Shown here: in pieces, positions 13,630-25,880 of the stretch
Position numbering within the stretch: position 1 is the stretch's first letter
How the letters are laid out: each line of letters begins with the position of its first letter
Assembly: GCF_018350175.1 (NCBI RefSeq)
Contig: NC_058368.1
Coordinates: 170,130,001-170,194,000, forward strand
Direction: 5' to 3'
Origin: Felis catus
Lineage: Eukaryota
Length of the DNA stretch: 64,000 nt
Translations under genes and position numbers: made by a program
Notes under the pieces: generated by a model
What the model saw: only the letters and a program-made list of their open reading frames with translations
Told to the model about the DNA's origin: nothing
Database searches by the model: none

Positions 13630-15076
13630 GTCCTCCTGGATTTTCTCCTTCCTCTTCAGCTGTACCTACGGTTTGGTTTGTTGTTTATTTTCCTATCATT
13701 CTCCTCTTTTCAGACATTAAATGATGGTAATCTTCAAACTTCCACTCTAGCCTTGCCTCCCTTCTCATTTAATGTTTTTTACCAAGGCAGTGTTGTTTGT
13801 GCCCATGACTCAGTCAACACATTCATTCTATAACTCAGCTCAGACTTCTTCCCTGAATTATAGAAGTGAAATTCACTCTTTACTTGACATCTCCACCTGA
13901 AGAACTCAAAAACGTTACTTCACATTGAACATGTCCAAGCCAAACCACAATCTTCTCCTAACCCCAGTTACACCTTGCTCTCCCCAATCATTCCTTGCTT
14001 TAGTGAATGACACCATTATTGGACATGTTGCTCGACCTGGAAAAGACATTTTCTTCTCCTCACTCCTGTCACTTTCTCATCTCTAATCATCCTCAAATTC
14101 TGTTGCTTTTTCTCCCAAATATTATAAAGATCCATCTGCTTCCTATCCATTTTTATTGCCACCAAAGTAGTGCATGTTATATACAACAGCATCCTATGCA
14201 TTTTGCCTACATAACAAAGCCATCAATAGCAATAGTGAAAATACTTATGATGTCTACAATATACATCATAATGTAATCAATATAATCATATTGGTCAATA
14301 ATATGTATTTATTATGTTGCATTTATAATGATACTATCATATGGTTACTAATATAATAATAGTGAACATTTTTCTGCTTACTTTGTGCCATGTACTGTAA
14401 TAAGCACTTTTAATTGACTTTCTCATAGGTACCCAACAAGAAAGGTACTATCATTACCCCATTTTACAGAAAAAGACATTTAGGTTTAGAGAAGTTAAAT
14501 GACTTGCCCAAGATCACTTAGCTATATAGTACTTCACACCTATGATCATACCATAACTCAAACACATACACATAATACACACAAAAACACCCTTGTACCA
14601 TTGACTCGTCATTCCATCACAAAAACACATTTAATGCCTTCATTGGCTTCTAAGATAAAGCCAAAAACTCTGACCACATTTCCAGCCTCAGCCTCCCATG
14701 GTCTCAGTGACCCAGCCACACTACTGTTCTTTTAGCTCTTTGGATGCTTGATAATCCCTTTCACCAAGGGGACTTCCCACATCTTGTGCTTGTTTGGCAT
14801 ACCACCTCCCTTCCCTGACCTCCCCTCCCAATTCCATGTCTCATAATACCATGTACCTCACCCTCAAGGCACTCATCATTATTTACATGTACTCCTAGTA
14901 CTTACCATTATAGAGATTTAGCACACGTATGTGTGATTTTAATTAACATCTCCTACACTTGTTTGTAAGTTCCACTGGGAAGGACTGTAACCATTTTGAC
15001 TTATTTTGTCTGACACATTTTATTTCATAGTATTTGACCTATATTAGGAATTAAATAAATAATTATTGAATAAATG
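13630..15076 (+). mobile_element. Fragmented L2 element, interrupted by a MIR
   Basis: acttgacatctccacctg...aacatgtccaagccaaac; 3' end tgacctatattaggaattaaataaataattattgaataaatg. Confidence 0.65.
14357..14525 (-). mobile_element. MIR SINE
   Basis: ccccattttacagaaaaag...agaagttaaatgacttgcccaagatcac. Confidence 0.75.
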
Positions 15077-15158
15077 TATATATATACATATATGTATATA
15101 AATGTATATATATATACATTTATTCAATAATTATTTATTTAATTCCTAATATAGGTCA
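15035..15158. repeat. Perfect inverted repeat, 52-bp arms with a 20-bp spacer
   Basis: 15035-15086 is the exact reverse complement of 15107-15158. Confidence 0.95.
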
Positions 15159-15242
15159 TATATATATATATATATATATGAATAGAAAGTTTTGTGAGTA
15201 CAAAACTCAATTAGAAAGCAGGGAGACTATCCTGATCTTATT

Positions 15243-15464
15243 TTTTTTTTAATTTTTTTTTCAACATTTATTTATTTTTGGGACAGAGAGAGACAGAGCA
15301 TGAACGGGGGAGGGGCAGAGAGAGGGGGAGACACAGAATCGGAAACAGGCTCCAGGCTCCGAGCCATCAGCCCAGAGCCCGACGCGGGGCTCGAACTCAC
15401 GGACCGCGAGATCGTGACCTGGCTGAAGTCAGAGGCTTAACCGACTGCGCCACCCAGGCGCCCC
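15243..15464 (-). mobile_element. Young felid CanSINE (SINEC_Fc-type)
   Basis: CpG-rich and near consensus; perfect 15-bp TSD tatcctgatcttatt. Confidence 0.96.
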
Positions 15465-18237
15465 TATCCTGATCTTATTAATGTCACATCCAAGTTTACA
15501 TTCTAATTAAGAAGGTAATACACAGTCAACCACTGCAAATCCATTTCATCACAAGCTGAACATTGTCCTTTTCTTTGAAAGAACTAAGTGCTCTTTGTGA
15601 GTTGTTTCTCTTTTCTCTCCTCTTTGATTTACAATGAATTAGACATCCATAACTGGGAAAAACAAAAAACAAAAAACACCTCTGCACAGCATACCAGCAC
15701 ACCTAAGAGATCCATCCATCCGTGAACCCACGAGAGTGTGGACTGGACCGTGGAGGAGGTAACAGAGTGAGGCAAGTGGTAGTGTTGCCCACAGCAGCAG
15801 AGGCAGTGATAACAAAGAAAACAGTGGAGGGTCCAGGAGTGAGCCAACACAACTCGTCTAACAGAGGAGGTGACAGGTGGAAGTGATGAGTGGGAGTCTG
15901 CTCAGCCAAAAGACACTGACTGTAGTTGGAGGGACTGGTTGCTATCTTTAAGGCAGACCACAGTGACTAGAGGGAGAGAAAGGAAAGGGAAGTAGGCAAA
16001 GAGAACTGAAGGAAAGCATCTTCTGCTGTCTTCTCTGGGAGGCAAGAGGAGTGTACACAGACCTCAGGAACCCCTTCGGTTGAGGATCGCCCTACCAGAT
16101 TGTGGGCAAACCCAAAGGCCCAAGTGCTAAGTGTAACCTCCTCCAGGCCCCCACCACAAACTTTTTGTTTTTTGTTTTTTGTTTTTTTCATGTGTAAGTG
16201 CCCAATCTTGGCTGTTAAGAGAAACCAAAAACTTGTGCTATAGCACCATCTTCTGGAAAACAAAAGGCAGGTTCGTAACTACCAACCTGTTGAACTATTA
16301 AAATCAAAGTACACAAAACCTTGATTGAATAAGAAAGGTATTCTCCATTTCAAATGCAGGGAGAGAGGCACTTCTTATCAAAGACCATGAAAAATCACAG
16401 TGATATCATATCCCAAAAAGAAAATGACAATTTTCCAGCAACTGAACCCAAAAATGCTTGGAATATTGCAATCTAACTGATAAAGAATTTAAAACAGCTG
16501 TTCTGAAGAAATTCAATAAGCTGTAAGAAAACTCAGAAAGGCAACACAATGATCTCAGGAATAAAATTAATAGAATTAACAAAATTTGGTGCTTGACCAA
16601 AGGAACTGAAATTCTAAAAAAGAACCAAGCAGAAAGCAGAAATTCTAGGACTGAAGAACTTTATAAGTGAAATGAAGAATGCATTAAAGTTCACTGGAAA
16701 TAGAGCAGATCATATGGAAGAGAGAATTAGCAAGCTTGAGGATAGAAATACAGAAATGTTTCCAGTGGAAGAGGAAAAGAGAACGAAGATTTTTAAAAAG
16801 TTAACCCTATGAGAACTATCTGACTCCATTAGAAAAGCCAACATAAGAATAATGGGTATACCAGAAGAAGAAGAGAGGGAGAAAGGAGCAGAGGGAATAT
16901 TTAAACAAGTAATAGCTGAGAACTTCCCAAACCTAAGCAAGCAACTGTATATACAAGTCCATAAAGCTAATAGAACATATTATTGCAACACAAAAAGACC
17001 TTTTCCAAGAAACATTTTATTGAAACCATCAAAAGTTAATGATTCAGAAAAGAATTTTATAGACAATCAAGAACACAATAACATACAAAGATACCCCCAT
17101 TAAGCTATCACCAGAAACTCTACAAACCAAGAGTGGAAATGACATATTCAATATATTGAAGACAAAATCTACCAGTCAAGAATATTCTATCCAGCAGTTA
17201 TCCTTCAGATATAAAGAAGAAAGATTTCTCCAGACAAGGAAAGCTGAGGGAGTTTATCACCACTAGACCTGCCCTATAAGAAATGTGGAAAGAAGCTCTT
17301 CAAGCAGAAACAAAAAGATGAAAGTATAAAACTCTGATTAAGGTGATAAACAGACTTAGAATATTGAAACTTTTTTAAAATACTCTATTAAACTCTTAAC
17401 CATTGCATACAGGTTAAAGGAAAAGAGAACTAAAAATAACTTTAGCTACTACAACTTGGTAATCACAGCATAAAAAGAGATAATTTGTGACATCAAAAAC
17501 ATAAAAGGGGAAGAGAAAAAGATGGAACTTTTATACATTAATAAAGATAAATTGCTATCAGCATAAAAAGGACCATTTTATCTGAGATGTTCTGTATCAA
17601 CCTCATGGTAATCACAAAGCAAAAATCTAGAGCAGATACATGAAACTTAAAAAAGCAGGGGGAGATACTGAGCCAATCACCATGGGAAACTGCCAACTTA
17701 CAAATGTGGATAGAAAGAGAAGGAAAAACAAACAATGGAAAAAGAAAATAATCAGAAGGCAAAAGACAAAAATGGCAATACTAAATCCTTACATATCACT
17801 AATCACCCTAAATATAAATAGATTGAACTCACAAATCAAAAGGCACAGAGTGACTAGATGAATTTAAAAAAATCCACTATATGCTGCCTGTAAGAGACTT
17901 ATTTCAGCTCTAAAGATACACACAGGCTCAGAATGAAAGGATGGTAGATGATGTTCCAAGCAAACAGAAACCAAAAAAAGCTGATACCCTACTCATATCA
18001 GCCAAAATAGACTTGAAGCCAAAAGAGGTAACAGGAAACAAAAAAGTTATTATATAATAACAAAGGGGTCAATACATCAAGAATACATATAACAAACATA
18101 TACACTCCCAACATCTGAGCATCCAAATATATTAAGCAATTAATAACAGATCCTAAGGGTGAAATAGACAATACAATAATTGTAGGGGTCCTTCAATACC
18201 CCGCTATCAGCAATGGATAGATCAACCAGACCAAAAA

Positions 18238-18271
<34 letters not shown>

Positions 18272-18543
18272 AACAGTAACAAAATGGTGGAATTGAATCA
18301 TACTTCAGAACAAATGAACTTAATAGACATATACAGAACATTCCATCCAACAGCAGCAGAATACACATTCTTCTCAGGTGGACATGCAACCTTCTCCAGG
18401 ATAGACCATATGATAGGCTACAAAATAAACATTAGGAAATTTAAGAAGACTGATGTCATACCATCTTCTCTGACTACAATGGTATGAAACTAGACATCAA
18501 CAATAAGAGTAAGAAGATCTAAAAATATGTGAAAACTAAACAT

Positions 18544-18752
18544 TTATTTTTTTTAATGTTTATTTATTTTTGAGAGAGAGAGAGAGTTCAAGCAGGGGAG
18601 GGGCAGAGAGAGAGAGACAGAGAATCTGAAGCCGGCTCCAGGCTCTGAGCCGTCAGCACAGAGCCCAATTCAGGGGTTGAACTTGAGAACCATGAGATCA
18701 TGACCTGAGCTCAAGTCGGACACTTAAGCGATGGAGCCACCCAGATGCCCCC
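18544..18752 (-). mobile_element. CanSINE nested in L1 ORF2
   Basis: T-rich tail, (GA)n, ends ggagccacccagatgcccc. Confidence 0.92.
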
Positions 18753-18927
18753 TAAACAACCAATTTATAAACAACCATTGGGTCAAAGAATAAGTCAAAA
18801 GAAAAACAAAAAATTATCTCAAAATAAATGAAAACACACCATATCAAATACTGCAAAAACAGTTCTGAAAGTTTATGGCAATAAGTGCACATAGTAAGAA
18901 ATTAGAAGAATCCAAAATAAATAACCT

Positions 18928-19090
18928 GGGGTGCCTGGATGGCTCAGTCGGTTAAGTGTCTGACTTCAGCTCAAGTCATGATCTCTCAGTCCATTAGTTC
19001 CTGCCCCACATCAGGCTCTGTGCTAACAGTTCAGATCCTGAAGCCTGCTTCAGATTCTGTGTTTCCCTCTTTGCCCCGCCCCTGCTCACA

Positions 19091-19144
<54 letters not shown>

Positions 19145-19190
19145 AGTAAATAAACATTACAAAAAATTTAAAGAAATGATAAAATAAAAT
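18928..19190 (+). mobile_element. CanSINE nested in L1 ORF2
   Basis: ggggtgcctggatggctcagtcgg, long (CT)n, A tail; degenerate TSD aaataaa..aacct. Confidence 0.92.
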
Positions 19191-19299
19191 AAAATAAAAC
19201 AACCTAACTTTATACCTCAAGAAACTAGAAAAAGAATGAAGGAAGCCTAAACTCACCAGAGGAAAGTAAATAAGAATTATTGCAGAAATAAATGAAATA

Positions 19300-19300
<1 letters not shown>

Positions 19301-19342
<42 letters not shown>
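19301..19342. repeat. (AC)21 microsatellite
   Basis: Pure dinucleotide run. Confidence 0.95.
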
Positions 19343-19345
<3 letters not shown>

Positions 19346-19677
19346 AAAAGATCAGCAAAGCTAAGAGCTGGTTCTCAAAAAAAGATGAACAAAATTAACA
19401 AACCTTATCTAGACTAACTTTAAAAAGAGGGGAGGAGGGGATAGGACATAAATAAAATTAGAAATGAAAAAGGCGGCATATAATAGACATTACAGAAATA
19501 CATGGAATTATAAGAGACTACACCATGAACAGTTATATGCCAACAGATTACATAATCTAGAATAAATTGATACATTTCTAGAAACATACAACCTACCAAG
19601 ACTGAATTAGGAAGAAATAGAAAATCTGAACAGAAAAACAAAGAGATTATAATAGTAATCAAAAAACTCCCAACACA

Positions 19678-19897
19678 GGGGCGCCTGGGTGGCGCAGTGG
19701 GTTAAGCGTCCGACTTCAGCCAGGTCACGGTCTCGCGGTCCGTGAGTTCGAGCCCCGCGTCAGGCTCTGGGCTGATGGCTCAGAGCCTGGAGCCTGTTTC
19801 CGATTCTGTGTCTCCCTCTCTCTCTGCCCCTCCCCCGTTCATGCTCTGTCTCTCTCTGTCCCAAAAATAAATAAACGTTGAAAAAAAAAATAAAAAA
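19678..19897 (+). mobile_element. Young felid CanSINE (SINEC_Fc-type) nested in L1
   Basis: CpG-rich; perfect 17-bp TSD aaaaaactcccaacaca. Confidence 0.96.
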
Positions 19898-19987
19898 AAA
19901 AAACTCCCAACACAGAAAACTCCAGAACCAGATAGCTTCACGAAAGAATTCTACCAAACACTTAAAGAATTAATACCAATCCTCTTC

Positions 19988-21010
19988 CTGTTGTAGGAAT
20001 GCAAACTGGTGCAGCCACTCTGCAAAAACAGTATGGAGGTTCCTCAAAAATTTAATAATAGAACTACTCTATGACCCACAAGTTGCACTACTAGGTATTT
20101 ATCCCAAGGATACAGGAATGCTGTCTCAAAGGGGCACATGCACCCCAATGTTTATAGCAGCACTATTGACAATAGCCAAAGTATGGAAAGAGCCCAAATG
20201 TCCATCAACATATGAATGGATAAAGAAGAGGTGATGTATAGAGGCACCTGGGTGGTTCAGTCAGTTAAGTGTCTGACTTCATTTCAGGTTATGATCTCAT
20301 GGTCTAAAGGTTTGAGCCCCATGTCAGGCTCTGTACTGACAGCTCAGAGCCTAGAGCATGCTTCAGATTGTGTCTCCCTCTCTCTCTAACTCTTCCCCAC
20401 TCATGCTCTTGTCTCTCTCTCTCAAAAATAAAAAAAAAATTAATGTGTATTTTAAAAAGCAAAGGTGGTATATATATATGTGTGTATATGTATACATACA
20501 TATGTATATATATGTGTGTATATACACACATATATATACCAATATACAAACATACACACACACACAATGGAGTATTAGTCAGCAATCAAAAAGAGTGAAA
20601 TCTTGCCATTTACAACAACGTGGATGGAACTAGAGTGTATTATGCTAAGTGAAATAAGTCAGTCAGATGAAGACAAATATCACATGATTTCACTCATATG
20701 TGGAATTCAAGATACAAAATGAATGGACATAAGAGAAAGGAAGCAAAAATAAGATAAAAACAGAGAGGAAGAAAAACCATAAGAGATGCTTAAATACAGA
20801 GAACAAACTGAGGGTTGCTGGAGAGGTGTTGGGTGAGGGGATGTGCTAAATGGGCAAGGGGCATTAAGGAGGACACTTGTTGGGATAAGCACTCGGTATT
20901 ATAGGTAAGTGATGAATCACTAAATTCTATTCCCGAAATCATTATTAAACTCTATGTTAACTACCTTGGATTTAAATTTAAAAAATAAAAAATAAATGAA
21001 AAAATATAAA
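19988..21010 (+). mobile_element. Younger 5'-truncated carnivore L1 (ORF2 C-terminus and 3' UTR) nested in the older L1
   Basis: L1 3' sequence out of order within the host ORF2; TSD aatcctcttc (19978-19987 / 21011-21020); the host ORF2 resumes after it. Confidence 0.9.
20241..20440 (+). mobile_element. CanSINE nested in the nested L1
   Basis: gaggcacctgggtggttcagtcag...ctctctcaaaaataaaa. Confidence 0.9.
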
Positions 21011-23596
21011 AATCCTCTTCAAGCTTTTCCAAAATATCAAGGAGGAGAGAACACTTCCAAACTTATTCTACTACAAGGCCATTACTGCTTTGATAACAAA
21101 CCCAGATAAGGATACCACAAGAAAGGAAAACCATAGACCAATATCCATGGTGAATACAGATTCAAGAATTCTTGACAAAAATATTAGCAATCTAAATTCA
21201 AGAACCCGTTAAAAGGATTACACACGCAAGGATTGTTCAACACCAATAAATGTAATTTATCACATCAAAAAAAGATAAAAATCACACAATCATCTCAATA
21301 GACACATAAAAAGCATTTGACAAAATACATTATCCTTTTATAATAAGAACTATTAACGGAGTGGGTATAGAAGGGACATACCTCAACATATCTAGGACCA
21401 TATATGACAAACGCACAGCTAACATTATACTCAGTAGAGAGAAATTGAAAGCATTTGCCCTAGAAGCAGAAAAAAGACAAAGATGCTCACTCTCACTGTT
21501 CCTACTCAGTATAGAACTGGAACTCCTAGCTAGAGCAATTAGGCAAGATAAATATATAGCATTCAAACTAGAAAGAAACAAGTAAAATTTTTATTTGCCA
21601 ATGATATGATCCTATGTATAGTAAATCCCAAACAATCAGTGAAGAAAAAAAAAAGACTGCTAGAATTAATCAACAATGTCAGTGAAGCAGCAGGATACAA
21701 AATCAGCATATGGAAATCAATTGCATTCCTTTACACTAATGATGAAGCATCTGAAAAAGAAACAAAACGATACCACTCACAATAGCATCAAAAACAGCAA
21801 AATACTTAGGAATAAAATTAACCAGAAGTGAGAAGTCCATACGATGAAAACTACAAAACTTTGCTAAAAGAAACTGAAGACACAAACAAATGGAAAGATA
21901 TCATGTTCATGGATCACAAGAATTATTATTGTTAAAATGGCCATACTACACAAAGCCAACTATAGATTCAATGCAATACCCAGCAAAACACCAAAGGTAT
22001 GCTACACAAAAAAAATATTAGAAACAATACTAAAATTTAAGTGGAACCACAAAAGACCCCTAATAACTAAAGCTATCCTGAGAAAAAAGAACAAAGCTAG
22101 AGGTATCGTGTTTCTGGATTTCAAGCTATACTATAAAGCCATGGTAATAAAAACAAACGGTACTGGCATGAATATGACACAATGACCAACAGAACAGAAT
22201 AGAGAGTCCAGAATTAAGTGCCAGTATACCAGTCAACTAATATTCAACAAGGGAACCAGGAATACCCAGTGAAGAAAGGATGGTCTCTTCAATACATGGT
22301 GCTGAGCAACTGGAGAAACACAGGCAGAACAATGAAATTGGATCCTTATCTCACACAACTAGCACGAAAAAAATAATGCAAAATGGATCAGAAACTTAAA
22401 CACAATACTTGATACCATAAAACTTTTAGAAGAAAACATAGGGAGGAAACTCACTGATACTGGTCTTGGCAATAATTTGAGGGGAACGACACGAAAGGCA
22501 CAAACAACCAAAGAAAAATTCAATAAATTGGACTACATTAAACTTAAAACCACCTGAACAGCAAAAGAACTTAACAAAATGAAAAGACAACATACAGGAT
22601 GAGAGAAAATTTTTGCAAACCATGTATCGAATGAGGAGTTAATATCCAAAATACATGAAGAGTTCAGTCAACTCAGTAACAAAAATAATTCAATTTTTAA
22701 AATGGACATAAGAACTAAATAGACATTTCTCCAAAGAGGACATCTAAATGCCCGACACGTGAAAAAATGTTCAACATCACTAACCAGGGAAATACAAGCC
22801 AAAACCACGATGAGATATCACTCCACACTGTTAGAATGGCTATCATCAAGAAGACAAGAGACAACAGGGGTTGGCAAGGATGTGATGAAAAAGGAATCAT
22901 TATACATTGTTGGAAGGGATGTAAATTGGTCTAACCACTATAGAAAACAATATAGAGGTTTCTCAAAAAAATAAAAATAGATCTACCACACGATCAAACA
23001 ATTCTAATTCTGGGAATATATCCAAAGGAAATGAAAATAGGATTTCAAAGAGATATATGCACTCCCATGTTTATTGCAGCATTACTCACAATAGCCAAGA
23101 TATGGAAACACTTCAAATGCCTATCTGTGGATGAATGGATAAAAAAAGATGTGGTATAAATACACAATAGAATATTATTCATGAGAAAGGAAAATATCCT
23201 CCCATTTGTGCCAATATGGATGGCCCTTGAGCACATTATACGAAGCAAGGTAAGTCAGAGAAAGATAAACACTGCTATTACTTGTAGGAGAAATTTTAAT
23301 AAGTTAAACCTGTAAAAAACTGAGTAAAATGGTGGCTAACAGGTGATAGAGGGACAAGAGCGATGGTGCTTAAGGGTACATACTTGTAATGAGTAGCAAA
23401 TAAGCCATAAGATATAATGCCCAGTATAGCAAATATAGACCATAATATTATTGTACTGTAATTATGTAATGTGATAAATATCACTACATTGGCGATCACA
23501 TTATACTATATAAGGTATATAAAAGTAATATGCTGTACTTCTTAAACTTATACAATGTGACACATCAAATTTATTTTTAAAAAAGAGCAAAGTTCA

Positions 23597-23798
23597 GGGC
23601 ACCTGGTGGCTCAGTCAGTTAAACGTCTATTGATTTCAGCTCAGGTCCTGATCTCCTGGTTTGTGGGTTTGAGCCACACATCGGACTCTCTGCTGACAGT
23701 GCAGAGCCTGCTTAGAATTCTCTCTCCCTCTCTCTATGCCCCTCTTCCCCCCACAAATAAATAAACTTTAAAAATGTTTTAAAAATTAAAAAATAAAG
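23597..23798 (+). mobile_element. CanSINE at the L1 tail
   Basis: 14-bp TSD aagagcaaagttca. Confidence 0.93.
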
Positions 23799-25055
23799 AA
23801 GAGCAAAGTTCACTTGATAAACCAAACAAAATGCAAAAGAAAAAAATAGATTTTGTTTCTGTTTTCTTTTGCACAACTTTCGTCTGCCCATAGGGCCACC
23901 ATTTTGATTCTAGTTGACCTGTATTTGAAACAGAATTTTTTTACATCTCACCCAGTTCATTTTAATACTTGTGCCATTTTTAAGAGTCTACATTCAACCC
24001 TGTTACTGTGAATGGGAAACTCTTGGGGTGATGACGGTACTGAAACTAAACACCTGTTGCATAAGCACAAAGCCACTGCAGTCAAAGTGTCAGCTAAAGC
24101 TATGGCTCCATTGATGACATCTAGAACTCCCGTTCCAGACCAAGGATCCAGTGGAAAGGCAGGAAAGGAAAGGAGACAGTAGAAGATAGATGGGGATTAA
24201 TTTATCTCTCAGACAATGCTGCAGGTAAACTGAGTCACATATTGGAAATGGATGTGTGAAGCATGGTTCTGTCACTGGCACCTGGATTTCACTAATACGA
24301 CTTCAATTTCTACAAGTTTCTAGCCACTTAAATGACTGATCTGAGCTAATGATCTAACCAATGTTCTAATAATCAAACCACAAAGGCTCAGAAAATAGGA
24401 GCTCATCTCTGAAGACCCATTCATGTTCTTTATCTCTCTTCAGCTGAGAATTATAATAAGCCATGCTAATTATTAACATTCCAAACTTTACCCTTCCATA
24501 ATGGGTCTTGATATCATACTCTCAAAATGCATATATGACATAGAACCAGCTCCGAACTGTATTTTCTTTCTAATACTAGAAACAAGAATGGAAACAAAAC
24601 AGAACCAAAAAGGAAATCGTCATGAAACTGTACGCTCTCTTTGAAAAGTTGCTAACAGAAATTTATAGCTTAAATAGATGTATAGGCACAAAAATGTAAA
24701 TCTTCCACTTATTTATTATTTACTAAAGAATTAAATATTATATTCTGAATAGAAAATATTTTAGAAAATCTACCAAATTATAGAACAAAGGAAAAAGGAA
24801 CGAACATATCCAGGCTCTTTATCTACAGTTTTTCCTTCTAGCTCTAGGACAAGCCTGAGAAGATGTATAGCTTTTACATTTTCAAAGATTAGAAGCCTAA
24901 GTCTCAGTCAAGTTAAATTACTTAATCTAAATCAGAAAGAAACTATAAATAAATATATTTGATATTTTGTGAAGGATGCACAGATTTTTTTTCCCTTCAT
25001 CAAAGAACTAGAAAGATTTGTTTAAGGCATTTAGGAATCCTTTGCAGCTCTCCTA

Positions 25056-25278
25056 TTTTTATATTAAACACCTTTTTTTAATGTTTATTTCTGAGACAGA
25101 GAGAGATAGAGCATGAGTGGGGGAGGGGCAGAAAGAGAGAGAGACACAGAATCAGAAGCAGGCTCCAGGCTCTGAGCTGTCAGCACAGAGCCCAACGCGG
25201 GGCTCAAACTCACAAACTGTGAGATCATGACCTGAGCTGAAGTCCGTCACTCAACCGACTGAGCCACCCAGGCACCCC
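25056..25278 (-). mobile_element. CanSINE
   Basis: TSD tgcagctctcct; ends gagccacccaggcacccc. Confidence 0.94.
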
Positions 25279-25659
25279 TGCAGCTCTCCTTTTTTAAAAT
25301 TTTAATCTTTCTTTCTCCCTACCTCCCTCTCCATTTCTTCATCTATATGCATTCTACATTAAGGAGGAGGCATCTTCTATTAAGTTAGTATGATTTTCAC
25401 TAAAGGCAATGGAGGGGAAAAATAATCACACTGACTTACTGAAAGTGCCTTGACCTTGACACAGATTTCCTAATATTAACTAGAGGGATGCAGAGCCCAG
25501 AAAAAAATGTCCCTTAATCAAAATCAAGTTCTGAAAATCAAGAGCTAGAAATTGGAAAAAAAAAAAAAAAAGAATAAAACCCCTTTTCTTATGATTTGAA
25601 GTTTTTTAACAAACTGCTCAAGACTTTGCCATCAGATGAATTTCACAGGATGGGAAAGA

Positions 25660-25880
25660 AAGCAGCACAGTAGACTCAGTAGTCAGAATGCTTTTAAGCT
25701 CCAACTCCCACACTTAATGATTGTGAATACTTGGGAAAATTACTTAAGCTCTCAGATTTCACATACAAAATGAGTATTTTCACAGATACATAAAATCCAT
25801 AAAATGGATAAAATAATCGTATCTACCTACATCTAAGGGTCTTACATCTGTGAACACAGGGCCTTGTTTATAAAAGGTAC
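25660..25880 (+). mobile_element. MIR fragment
   Basis: tgtgaatacttgggaaaattacttaagctctcagatttc. Confidence 0.55.

Larger units (their letters stand above)
15620..23584 (+). mobile_element. Near-full-length degraded LINE-1 (L1MA9/early-carnivore-like) with nested insertions
   Basis: Colinear GC-richer 5' UTR, ORF1 remnant (MGIPEEEEREKGAEGIFKQVIAENFPNL), ORF2 remnants ([35 protein letters not shown]), 3' UTR and A tail; many stops and frameshifts. Confidence 0.9.
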
